A stretch of 64,000 nt of DNA from Octopus vulgaris. Lineage: Eukaryota. The stretch covers positions 48,856,001 through 48,920,000 of the forward strand of contig OX597815.1 in NCBI GenBank assembly GCA_951406725.2, written 5' to 3'. The translations under genes were made by a program, and so were the position numbers. A model generated the notes under the pieces. The model was given only the letters and a program-made list of their open reading frames with translations. It was not told the origin of the DNA and made no database searches. Positions 42,113-55,002 of this stretch are shown in pieces. Position 1 is the first letter of the stretch. Every line of letters starts with the position of its first letter.

Positions 42113-42940
42113 TGTGTGTGTGCGTGTTTATATATATATATATATGCGCGCGCGCGATGGGCTCCGTACAGTTTTGCGTCTGTCAAGTTCACTTACAAGG
42201 CTTTGGTCGGTCCGGGGCTATAGCAGAAGACACTTACCCACGATGCCGCGCAGCAGGGAATGAACCCGAGATCAAATGAACGCAAGGCGAACTTCTTAAC
42301 TCTTACTTCCTGCCTGCCTAAGTGTGTTTTGTAAGAAAAAGAAATATTTAAAAACTGTTTTGTTTTTTTTGCGTATGTTATCGCAAGTTATGAAATACGG
42401 TGGAACTTTTCCTTCCAAGAATCTTGCTCAACCATCTTTTTTATTCAGATGGGTCACTACTTTTACAGGAATAGCTTTTAACCCCAAAATGTATTTTGGA
42501 TACTGTATTTATTTACAAACTCCTGATAAGGACCTATAAGTGTATTTTATTCTCTTCTACTTTCCTTCCAACAATGAGTCAAGTTGGCTATTAACTTTAG
42601 CAGCAGTGTAAGTTTTCTGTTTTACGGCCTTAAACAATATCAAGGCTATGGCGTTTTAATTTGATCTTTTTCAAAAAGCATTTTTTTAACCCTTCGGTAT
42701 CAGTATGTCCGTGTTTATTTGTCGTATTTCCTTTAAATATAATTTAACTTGATTTATTAATCTATTAGTACTCTATTCCACTAACTTGCTTCGGAAACAA
42801 TCTCAAACCTTATGTATGGTAAGATAATATCTAAAAGATAGTCATACTTGGATATCCGTCAATTTGGGTTACGGGGGCGTAAACACACCAACACTGGTTG
42901 TCAAGCTGTGATAAGGGACAAACAAATACACACACGCACG

Positions 42941-42994
<54 letters not shown>

Positions 42995-44764
42995 GACACA
43001 CGAAGAATTTCTTTCAGTTTTCATCTTTCAAATCCGCTCACAAGGTTTTTGTCAGCCCAAGGCTATAGAAAGCACTTGCCTAAGATGCCACGTAGTGGGA
43101 CTGAACCCGGAACCATTTGATTGAGAAGCAAACATAGCACCCAACTAAGCCTAATAGTTTTGTTTCTATTTTCTTGCTTCCAATGTTCCTTTGGGGAAAA
43201 ATCAATGTCAATTTTTTTTTCCATGTCTTTCTTTAAATTCATTAGCTATTTCCTAATTTAGTGCTTGCAAACTTGACCGCGATAGTTGTTGGAGATGACG
43301 ATCCATTTATAACAATTCAAGTCTTTTGCAATGTCGGGACAGTTTTAAAGACACACCGCTTTCTTTGCGTAATTCACAAATACACTCATTGATTTTGAAA
43401 TATTCAATAATTCTGAGCAGTTTCCAATTTGAGACTTCCAACCCTACGTTCGTTTTAATAGCAACCAATTATTCTGAAGGCCAAATGTAGACACTGCAAA
43501 AAGTTTTGTTGATCGTTATACGCTAAGAGTTTTAGTGAACATACCTTTATGATGATATATAAGAACTGTTTTCCTAAATAAATAAATAAAATAAATTAAT
43601 AGATAAATGAAACGTCTCAAAAATTTACCTCGAGTCCTGTATGTGAAGCTAGGCTTATATTACATGCTTTAAAAATAATTTCTTCTTGAATATACGCTGC
43701 TGAAATTAGGGTGCGTCTTTTAAGCCATCAAATCCGGTAATCTCTGTCTGTCTGTCTCTCTCTGTGTATTTTTTGCCCTCATATAAATTCTTTCATCGTA
43801 CCTAAGATTTTCATATTGTCCAAGACACGTGTAGTACTCATTCGAACGTACGGGCTGTATGGTCAAACTGTTTGTGATTGGTGCAACGATGAAAAAATAT
43901 TTCCATCGTCCTACAATCGAATGTAAGAAGTTTGCTTCCCAACCAAATGGTTCCAGGTCCATTCCCACTGCATGGCACCTTCGATAAATGTCATCTAGTA
44001 TAGCACCAGGACGACCGAAGCCTTGTGAATGAATTTGGTAGACGAAAACCGAAAGAAGACTGTCGTGTGTGTGTGTGTATTTACATATATAAAATATATG
44101 TAAACTTCTAATTAGTCTGATGGGTTTATATCAGATTAATTAAAAGTTGGATTTATAACAGGACATAAAAAACAAGATATATATATGGGAGGGAGATGTT
44201 TGGGAGAGTTGGTTTGTTTATACTCCTGTAACTCAGCACTTCAGCAAAGAAGAAATTTCTAGAAGAGGTATTAGGCTTTAAAAAGTACTGGTTAATTTGT
44301 TCGGCTAAAATTTTTCAAGGCGCTGTCCCAGCATGGCCGCAGTCCAATGACTGAAAAAAGTAAAAAAAATAGTCACAAATTTCATTCCAGTGTCTCGGGG
44401 ATCTGGAATAATATGGTTCACTTGCTTTTAGGCATTATGCGGCGAGCTGTCAAAATCATAATCAGGCCGGGCAAAATGCTTAGCGGTATTTCGTCCGATT
44501 TCAAATTCTGAGTTCAAATTCCGTCGAGGTAAAATCTACTTTAGCCATTGGGAAAATAAATTCTAGTTGAGCTCCTAGGTCAATGTAATCTATCTACCCC
44601 TTCCTCCGAAATTACTGGCTTTGAGTCAAACTTTGAAACCAATTGCGTTTTGGGATGGTGAACACATTGTCTGGATAGATTCCGGGGGTCTACAAAGTGA
44701 AAAAAAAAAAAAAAAAAAAGAATGAGAGATCGTTTTGGATTAAGGATAATCATTTCTACGATTG

Positions 44765-45483
44765 TGAAGGCGTGCGGCTTAATGGTTAGGGTATTGCATA
44801 CATGATCGCAGGAACATGGTTTCAAATCCTGGATCGGGCGGTGCGTTGTATTCTTAAGCAATTAACACAGTGCGTCAACTATGAACGAATAACCATGCGA
44901 TGGGGAGGCGTCCCATTCACGAAACTTTTTCCCACGAGTGTTTCGGACCCCAGCAATGAACTCATTTGCATACAGCCAATCAGAGCTCACCTTGACCGTG
45001 TTGTTAAGTTAAAAATATACTCTACCAAGTAAACTCAAGATGAAGAACGGTATTGTAAGTCGACCGATCGCCAAATTATGCCTGATTTTAGAAGGGGACA
45101 AGTAATTAGACAGATTTGCATCCATAGATGTGCTAGCAACCCTCGCCCCTTACTGCTTTACAAAGTTAGCAACAACACAAATAACTACGCAGAGGCAGCC
45201 ATGGTTGAAACAAGAACAAGAAGCATTATTAAAGGAGAAAAGAAGCATGGTCATTCCTTACCCAAGTGGCCTTATCTTGTTTTGCGCTCATAAATTAGTT
45301 TGATAGTTGAACTCTGATTGGCTGTATGCAAATGTGGTCATAACTGGGGTCCGGAACTCTTGCGGGAAAAAAAATTCGTGACCCGTCCAGGGACATAAGG
45401 TTGTAATCTAGGTCGTTTGCAAGTCATAGAAAACCAGGTACACCCGTCCTTTGAGTTTTATGACTCAAGAGAGTAATTTCTAC
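44765..45483 (+). mobile_element. SINE B2 split by a foldback insertion
   Basis: Head at 44765-44860. The body ...GGCGTCCC resumes as CCCGTCCAGG at 45382 and ends in the TGAGT...ATGACTC tail. Confidence 0.7.
44917..45381. mobile_element. Unclassified foldback/MITE with ~73-bp TIRs and apparent 5-bp TSD
   Basis: TCACG...CGTGA termini with arms at 44917-44989 and 45308-45381. Flanks are CCCAT and CCCGT. Confidence 0.8.
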
Positions 45484-45499
45484 AAATACTATGCTTTGT

Positions 45500-45741
45500 T
45501 TGAAGGCGGCCTAGTGGTTAGGCTGTTGCGCTCACGATCGATAGATCGTGGGTTTGATTCCCTGACTGAGTGGCACGTTGATTTCTTGAGCAAAACACTT
45601 AATTTTACGTTCCTCCAGCCCTCCTGTCGATCAGAGCCAGCGAAGTGGCGTTATTTGAAGGATAAAACAATGCGAAAAGCGCATTGTGACCAGCGATGTG
45701 TAACAATATCTGATACTCTGGTCGGTCACGTAACCATGTGA
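45500..45741 (+). mobile_element. SINE B with a fourth tail type (B4)
   Basis: GGCCTAGTGGTTAGG A-box, GGTTTGATTCC B-box, TTGAGCAAAACACTT body; tail CATTGTGACCAGCGATGTG...GGTCACG. Confidence 0.7.
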
Positions 45742-46340
45742 CTATGCTTTATAATCATGTACGATAACGGATTTATCGAGAGACCAAAGAGTAAGACTGA
45801 CAAGCTATATATCGCCCTACAGGATGCCTCTTTCATAATATACACTGTCAGGTTTGGTTTCGTGGTTATCACTTCTCACAAGTAAAACAGTGTGCACCAG
45901 ATGTTGGCTAGGTGTTCAAGAGCAGCTACCAATGGTTATAGAACTTTAGTTAATTCCAATGTTTTGATAATCCACCCATGTGGTATAACTATCAAAGGAT
46001 TTACTGGTAGTCCAGCAAAATCAAGAACCAAATTCCCGCAGTTCTTCAGTGTATATGTGTATGCATTTATGTATGTATGTATGTATGTATGTATGTATGT
46101 ATGTATGTATGTATGTATGTATGTATGTATGTATGTATGTATGTATGTATGTATGTATGTATCTGTGTGCGCGCGGATGTATATATGCGTGTGTATATAT
46201 GTATATACATATATATAACACTATCTATATGCAAACATGTTTAGACCTACACGTATATTGTATATATATTTGTACATAGATGTATGTGCGCGTGTGCGTG
46301 TGCGTGTGTATATATATAAGCATGTCTATATATAGCTGTT

Positions 46341-46388
<48 letters not shown>

Positions 46389-46584
46389 CATATATATCAA
46401 TCTATTTATCAACCTGCCTATCAATCTTCACTCAAATAAGTACAACAAAGCACACATACACACACTCACAAAGGAAGTTGCTTATTGTAATCGTTTCGGT
46501 AAGGAGCCCTTCAGATGATAATAAACAACTGATAACATTAAACAGAGAAAATGATTTATAAGTTTTTCTTCGTTATTATCCTTT

Positions 46585-46895
46585 TTATCGCAACCACGAG
46601 TTTCGGGTTTGATCTCATTGCGTGGTGTTTTGGGCAAGCGGTTTTTTTTACAATGGTTTTAGCGCAACCCAAAACTTATGTCTGAAACTGTATACAAAGA
46701 GACTGTGTGGATGTCCACGGATGGATTGTACCTATAATGTAAAGGTTGAGCCTGGTCATATTATATAATACTCACTGTAGTTGAGAATTATGTTCATGGT
46801 AAACGTGTCTGTAGAATCGTCAGCCGTTTAACGTTAATTAAACGAGAAGAAAGTTCATTTGTTTGACCAAAGGAATGCGCATCGTTGTACATCCG
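46585..46895 (+). mobile_element. Old SINE with A-type head and B1-type tail
   Basis: CAACCACG...GGGTTTGATCTCATTGCGTGG..TTGGGCAAG head, then GGTAAACGTGTCTGTAGA..TCAGCC..ACGTTAATT tail. Confidence 0.55.
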
Positions 46896-46921
46896 TGTGT
46901 GTGTGTGTGTGTGTGTGTATT

Positions 46922-46964
46922 ATAGCTGACGTAAGCTGGAACGCCGAAACTTAGAAGTCACTGT
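46922..46964 (+). ncRNA. Degenerate type-I hammerhead-like motif
   Basis: CTGACGT...GCC-GAAA-CTT-AG-AAG-TC (stem III, GUC site), with AATAAA about 25 nt downstream. The core and stems carry mismatches. Confidence 0.4.
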
Positions 46965-47082
46965 CAACGCTGTTCTTGCAAAACTAAAATAAATATTTAT
47001 TCTACGGACAGTGTTGAGCAATTCTTCAGTTTAATGTTAAATTGTTTTCTGAACGAAAACAACTAACATTACCGCACACACG

Positions 47083-47148
<66 letters not shown>

Positions 47149-47326
47149 TACATACATATATACATACATACATACGCATGCATATACACAATAATACATT
47201 CATCCACATACAAATAGATATATAAGTAGTTATGTTTGTATATATATATGTACATATATATATATATGTATATATATATATATGCATATATACATATATA
47301 TATGTATATGTACATTCAATCACATG

Positions 47327-47408
<82 letters not shown>

Positions 47409-47638
47409 CATATATACGTACAGATATATATACATAAATACATACATACATTCATTTTCAGTCCATTATTTAAACTGATTAGTTCGGTAGAATAGTCCAC
47501 GCATGAAGGACATACATGGGTTCCCATATACGTGAAACTGAGTAGGGTGGTTTATGCATGTGAGGTGATAGTATAAAACGATAATTTTTGTACGTTATTT
47601 ACATTATTTACATTTGAGGGATATATGTCTCTCATCTT

Positions 47639-47684
47639 AACACAACGTTTCGGCTGATATACCCTCCAGCCTTTTTCAGGTGTC
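47639..47684 (-). ncRNA. Minimal type-I hammerhead ribozyme, core mutated (CUGAAAA)
   Basis: GACAC-CTGAAAA-A-GGCTG-loop-CAGCC-GAAA-C-GTT-GTGTT. Confidence 0.6.
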
Positions 47685-47732
47685 TTGGGGAAATTTCGAA
47701 CCTGGGTTCTCATTCCTAATAACATTTTGATG

Positions 47733-47805
<73 letters not shown>

Positions 47806-47828
47806 CATTTTCATTATTATTATTATTA

Positions 47829-47908
<80 letters not shown>

Positions 47909-47951
47909 GTTAGATCACTGCTTGGAATCGAACTCGGAATCTTGGGGTTAG

Positions 47952-48000
<49 letters not shown>

Positions 48001-48056
48001 GTAATAACATCGAAAAATACATTAGGAATAAGAACTCAGGTTCGACATTTCCCCAA

Positions 48057-48102
48057 GACACCTGAAGAGGGCTGGAGAGTATATCAGTCGAAACGTTGTG
48101 CT
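48057..48102 (+). ncRNA. Minimal type-I hammerhead ribozyme, intact core
   Basis: GACAC-CTGAAGA-G-GGCTG-GAGAGTATAT-CAGTC-GAAA-C-GTT-GTGCT. Palindromic AACGTT stem III; one extra purine before stem II. Confidence 0.7.
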
Positions 48103-48294
48103 AACAACAAGCAATATGAGGACAAATATCCGTCGAATGTAAATAGCGTAAATAATGTAAATAATGTGCAAAATTCCTCATCTCTTAAATATAGAATGAA
48201 TAATTTTTATTCTCGCCAGATGGAGTACTCTTTTTTGTTGAATCTTATTTCATAGATCTATTCATTATATATATATATAATAATATTCAAAATG

Positions 48295-48504
48295 TAACCG
48301 CGTGTGTACCGTTGGCGATTTTTTTCCCGCTGTCTTCCCTTCTCTGGATCTTTCCTTCTCCTATGTTTCCGACCAAGAGCTCCGCTCGAAACGTTTAACC
48401 CTCCTTCTTTCCTTCTTTCCTGAGCGTCCAATAATACTATATTTGTTCCACGTCCTCGCGTTGTCGTGTTTTTTTTTTGGGGGGGGGGGCTTTCTTGTTT
48501 GGAT

Positions 48505-48510
<6 letters not shown>
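48295..48510 (+). mobile_element. Penelope-like terminal repeat with degenerate hammerhead (48365-48399), ending at (TA)n
   Basis: GTTT-CCGACCA-A-GAGC-TCC-GCTC-GAAACGTT-TAAC. The end GTTTGGATTAAC|TATA recurs at ~14305 and ~33390. Confidence 0.6.
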
Positions 48511-48580
<70 letters not shown>

Positions 48581-48583
<3 letters not shown>

Positions 48584-48819
48584 GGTTGGCCAAAAGTCCC
48601 TTGACAGTGAATCAAACCATTTAATTCCAAAATTAAAGAAAAAAGTCATTTTATATCAGTCTTCGTTAATATATAGATAAATGTTGAAAAAATAAAAGGG
48701 TGATTTTAACACATAGCCTTCAATTATTAATCATGCGTAAGTGGAATGAATAAACAAAATTTTATATTAAGTATTTATGGAATTTTGATTCACTGTCCGG
48801 TGATTTGGGGCCAACCCTG
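48581..48819. mobile_element. Tc1/mariner-type MITE with TA TSD
   Basis: TA|CAGGGTTGGCCAAAAGTCCCTTGACAGTGAATCAAA ... TTTGATTCACTGTCCGGTGATTTGGGGCCAACCCTG|TA. Confidence 0.88.
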
Positions 48820-48841
48820 TACACATACATACATACATTCA

Positions 48842-48899
<58 letters not shown>

Positions 48900-49377
48900 C
48901 ATATATATATGTATGTGTGTGTGTGTGTGTGTATGCATGTATGTATATATATATATATATATATATATCTTAAGGCATAACGGTACTAATAAAATGGTGT
49001 TAAAACTCAGTGTATCTGTGCTTCAGAATACTATTAGTCAAGTACACCGTGTAATATAGAGTTAAATTAATGACAAAGGAACAGGAAATTAAGTAATAAA
49101 TTTCAGTAGCTTACAGCTCTTTCTGCTATTGAGTGCACGATACGCAGAGCTGAGATCTTGTGCAACGCCTTCTAACATATATGCTTCCTCGGAGCATCTG
49201 AAACCTTAAGCTAATGAAGTCCATTACATAATTTCCAGTTCACATTCATTTAATTTCGTGCACACCCACGCACATACAGTTTATATGTGTGTGTGTACAT
49301 ATATCTGAATATACATATGTATAAATAATATATATACGTATACACATATAAATACATATATATATTCACACACACAC

Positions 49378-49474
<97 letters not shown>

Positions 49475-50036
49475 TTCGTACATACATATAAATATATATA
49501 TATACATATACACACACACACATATATATAAATATATATATATAATACATACATTCATATATATATATATATATACATATATGCATAGATGCATATATAT
49601 ACAGACATGAATACAAACATTCATATTTATCCGTGTACATACATCATATATACCTGCATATTTATACATACATGCATATATATATATATATTATATACAC
49701 GCACACACACTCACTCATGCACACACACACCCGCGCGCGCGAACACACACACATATATATACATATACACACAGAGATGCATATACACGCACAAATATAT
49801 ACATACTCATATATCTTTACATGTGTACATACATATTTTGTATACGTATGTATTTACATTTATTTACATACACACTGAAATTTATACAAACATAATTCAT
49901 ATAAACAAATGCAAAATTCAACAAATGTGCTGAGAGCACCTTGGTTCTTTAAACATGTCACCATCGTTGGATTCGTGCTTATAAAGGGCAAATTTTATTT
50001 AATTCAAAGTTTATTATCGAAATTCTTCATTTTTCG

Positions 50037-50132
<96 letters not shown>

Positions 50133-50327
50133 ATATATGTATATGTATAGATATGCGTGTATGTAGGAGTGTGGATATGTGTGTGTGTGTATATGTATGA
50201 ATGTATGTGTGTGTCTGTACACACACACACACATATATATGTAAGAATATATGTATGTGTATGCATATATATATAACTATCTATCTATCTAGCTAGCTAG
50301 CTATATATGTATATATTTATATATATG

Positions 50328-50375
<48 letters not shown>

Positions 50376-50396
50376 CATACATACATATATATATAT

Positions 50397-50438
<42 letters not shown>

Positions 50439-50626
50439 TTGTCAGGGATTGCCAATCCGGCCAAAATACTTTATATATATATGCACACATATATACAAAC
50501 ATACAAATATACATACATACCTGCATACATACATACATACATACATACATGCATACATACTTGAATACATACACACAAACATACATACATATATATACAT
50601 GCATACATACATACATATACATATAC

Positions 50627-50681
<55 letters not shown>

Positions 50682-50939
50682 TACGTGTGTGTGTGTGTTT
50701 GTGATTTCGGCAAAAGACTGGAAATTATGGAGGCGATGGATCAAAATGATTACATTGACTCCAGAACTCGACAGTCACTTTGTTTTAATAACTCTGAAAG
50801 GACGAAAGGCATTGATAACATCACCGTGATTTGAAATCAGAACGTAGTAAAGAGCTTGTGGAAAAAAAAAACACCACTTTGTCCGATGCTTTAATGATTC
50901 TGCTAATTCGCCTTACAAAGGTTGATTTATTCTTTTGCT

Positions 50940-51150
50940 CTATTACTCTTTTACTTGTTTCAGTCATTTGACCGTGGCCATGCTGGAGCACCACCTTCAG
51001 TCGAGCAACTCGACCCTAGGACTTATTCTTTGTAAGCCTAGGACTTATTCTATCGGTTTCTTTTGCCGATTCGCTAAGTTACGGGGACGTAAACACACCA
51101 GCATTGTCAAGCGATGTTGGGGGACAAACACAGACCCACAAACATATACT

Positions 51151-51229
<79 letters not shown>

Positions 51230-51426
51230 TACTTTTACTCTATATATATATATATATACATACGACGGGTTTTTTTCAGTTTCCATCTACCAAATCCACT
51301 CACAAGGCTTTAGTTAGCCCGTGGCTATAGTAGAAGACACTTGCCCAAGGTGCCACGCAGTGGGACCGAACCCGGAACCATGTGGTTGGTAAACCAACTA
51401 CTTACTAGACAGCCACTCCTACGCCT
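50940..51426 (-). mobile_element. SINE A, full length, with long spacer
   Basis: Reverse-complement tail, ~125-bp CA/TA spacer and head. Confidence 0.9.
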
Positions 51427-51784
51427 ATCACAGCTACTTAGCACAGAACCACTCCTACCTTATATATATATAAATATATATTTTTTATGAAAAGTTAGAT
51501 ATCAAAATAATTTAAAATTAAACTGAAGAAATATTCAAAACTTTTTTGTTGAGTGCATATCATTTTCTTTGAAAAAATGTTGATAGAGACTTTGAAGTTT
51601 TGGATTCTTCGCTGTTATAAATCTGATGATAGCGAAAACTCCGAAAATATGAATTTACTGGCAACATTATCCTTGGAAAATTTTATTATATATAATACAC
51701 ACAGACACACACACACACACACACACATGTATATACATATACATACATACATGCATATATATACATACATACATACATATATAC

Positions 51785-51828
<44 letters not shown>

Positions 51829-51926
51829 GCATAGACATGTATATGTTTCAATATAATCACATATATGAATACATATATATATATGTTTATATACACGCGT
51901 ATATATGTATATACATATACATACAC

Positions 51927-51985
<59 letters not shown>

Positions 51986-52097
51986 GGCTTACAATTATAT
52001 ACATACACACACAAATACTGCATACATATATACATGAATATATGTATTTATGTGTATGCCTTATATGTGTATGTGTGTGTATGTATGTGTAAATATT

Positions 52098-52159
<62 letters not shown>

Positions 52160-52774
52160 TGTATATAAATATGCAACCATAAAGCGTATGCATATATATT
52201 TTCACTATTATATACACATGTATGTACAAAAGCATATAACCGTACGTATATACACAAACAGGCGCGCGCACACACGCATCACATATATACATGTACGTAT
52301 GTGCATATTTGATAGTAATATGATATGGATAATCTGTACATCATGCACGGTCTATTTCTTTTTCAAGAAGCGGGCCGCATGAGGCATAGCTCATTATTAG
52401 ACGGGCCGCACCTCTAAAAAAAACAATTCGTAGTATTTTATCATTAGGCATGTCATTCAGAAAGTTCTCCGGGCTGCACGCGAACCCCGTTTTGTCTGTT
52501 TGATGATATTTACAAAACGTTTGTTGGTCTTTCTACACGGAAAGTTAGTGTCTATATACACAGGCCTTTCATCCTCTCGGGGTCGATAAATAGAGTACCA
52601 GTTTCCTACTGGGTCGATGTAATCGACTTAATCCCTTTGTCTGTCCCTGTTTGTCCCCTCTATGTTTAGCCCCTTGTGGGTAGTAAAGAAATATATATAC
52701 ACAGGCGGACATGTGTTTTTTGTGTTTGTGTAGGTATGTATGTGTCTAGCCGCGTGTGACTATGCGTGTTGTAT

Positions 52775-52810
<36 letters not shown>

Positions 52811-53024
52811 TTGTGTGTACGTGTTGTGCTTGTATGTGTGCGTGTGTATGTATGTTTTGTTTTTATTTGTAGTATGCTTGTGTGTCTGAGTCTGTGTGGG
52901 TGCATGCGTGTGTGGAAAAGTCACAGACAGAACCCGGGAAATAAATCTGAGGGTATTATTCGGCGGTTTCTGCGATTTGAGCGCATGGTGAGAGAGGAAG
53001 AAGGAGAGAGAGAGAGAGAGGGGT

Positions 53025-53105
<81 letters not shown>

Positions 53106-53572
53106 CACGTGCGTGTGTGTTTATGTTTGTAACGGAGAGAAAAGAAAAAGAGGCCAGGAAGTGATTAAGTTTGAATACATTATTTCTTCCTCTGCTGTGA
53201 TTTGAACGCATGTTTTCTGTTCAATGAGAAAGTGACAGAGAATCTGCGTGCGTGTGTGTGCAAATTTGTTTATGAATATGTGCGGATGTGTGTGTGTGTG
53301 TGTGTGTTCCTATGTGTCTACAGGCATGCATAGCTGTGCTGAGATATGTGAGTGTATGTGAGCGCATACGTGTATGTGCGTATGTGGTTGCGTGTGTGTT
53401 AAGTCTCGGCCTGTATTGCAACCTAACTGTGTCTGTGTGTTTGTCTCTATACTAAATTCGAGGTGAGTATTCGCATGTCCGTACATAGTGAGATAGTGTT
53501 TACAGATGTATGTAAATAGCGCGTGTATATGTGTGTGAGTGTGTATCTGCATGTGCAGTAAGGTACTGTGTT

Positions 53573-53612
<40 letters not shown>

Positions 53613-53787
53613 TGTGTGTGTGTGTGGCGTAAGGCTATTTTATATTTTTAATTTTCAATTAAACACAGAAAATATTTCGTTATGTAGAGGGCCATTCCTC
53701 TTTCAACATGTTCTTTGGTAATTTGAAGGAAATATCATTGGGGTTTCAAAGAGGTAGATCCCATGTGGATCATGTGTGTGTGTATAC

Positions 53788-53834
<47 letters not shown>

Positions 53835-53861
53835 AAGACACACACATACACACACACACAA

Positions 53862-53905
<44 letters not shown>

Positions 53906-54089
53906 GCACAAACATTTTCTCTTTTATTCTTTTACTTTTTTCAGTCATTATGACTGCGGCCATTCTGGAACTCCGCCTGAAGGGTTTTAAACTTAGTACT
54001 TATTCTATCAGCCTCTTTTGCAGAACTGCTAAGTTACGGGGACGTAAACACACCAACACCAGTTGCCAGGCGGTTGGAAGGGGGACAAG

Positions 54090-54158
<69 letters not shown>

Positions 54159-54214
54159 ACGACGGTCTACTTTCGGTTTTCGTCTACAAATCCTCTCCAT
54201 ATATATTCTTGTTC

Positions 54215-54618
54215 TTTTACTCTTTTATTTGCATCAGTTATTTACATGTGGCCATGCTGGAGCACCGTCTTTAGTCGAACAAATCGAACCCGGGACTTAT
54301 TCTTTGTAAGCCTAGTACTCATTCTATCAGTCTCTTTGCCGAACCGCTATATTACGGGAATGTAAACACACTAAAATCGATTGTCAAGCTATAATGGAGT
54401 GGGGGGGGGGGGAGACACACAAACATATACACACACACATACACACGTGTATATATATATATATATATATACGGCGGGCCTCTTTCAGTTTCCGTTGACC
54501 AAATCACTCACAAGGCTTGGACGGCCTGACACTATTGTAGAAAACACTTGCTCAAGGTACCACGCAGTGGGACTGAACCCTGAGGTTGGTAAGCAAGCTA
54601 CTTACCACAAAGCCACTC

Positions 54619-54659
<41 letters not shown>

Positions 54660-54820
54660 CGCAGGAGTGACTGTGTGGTAAGTAGGTTGTTTACCAATCA
54701 CGTGATTCTGGGTTCAATCCCACTGCGTGGCACATTGGGCAAATATCTTCTACTATAGCCTCAGACCGTCCAAAGCCTTGAGAGTAGCTTTGGTAGACGG
54801 AAGCTGAAAGAAGTCCGTCG
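54215..54820. mobile_element. Head-to-head SINE A pair (minus 54215-54618, plus head 54657-54820)
   Basis: Opposite-orientation heads separated by ~38 bp, mostly (TA)n. Confidence 0.85.
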
Positions 54821-54849
54821 TATATATATATAGTAACCACACATATTTT

Positions 54850-55002
54850 TTTATTTTCTCTCCTTGTCTCTTTCTGTGTTCCTTTCTGTGGAAGAGCGTA
54901 GGCTCGAAAAGTTAAAGACTTTTTCACTTCCCGAGCATTAAACTAATACATCTCTGTGTTGTCTACACCACCTATCTTCGTTTTTAGTTTTTTGTGAATT
55001 CT

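Larger units (their letters stand above)
47583..48175. mobile_element. Inverted dimer of a hammerhead-bearing short retroelement (Penelope-associated or retrozyme-like)
   Basis: Arms at ~47583-47735 and ~48003-48175 are reverse complements, extended by (ATT)n/(AAT)n arrays around a 43-bp tRNA B-box fragment. Confidence 0.8.

Noticed and set aside
42686-42700. TTAA-CCCTT piggyBac-like end
   Set aside because: No matching opposite terminus was seen.
52366-52490. Repeated GGGCCGCA motifs typical of hAT subterminal regions
   Set aside because: No TIRs or TSD are identifiable, so it is too fragmentary to call.
53440-53470. Strong donor GAG|GTGAGT
   Set aside because: No clear acceptor or reading frame upstream, and GTGAGT arises easily in GT-rich sequence.
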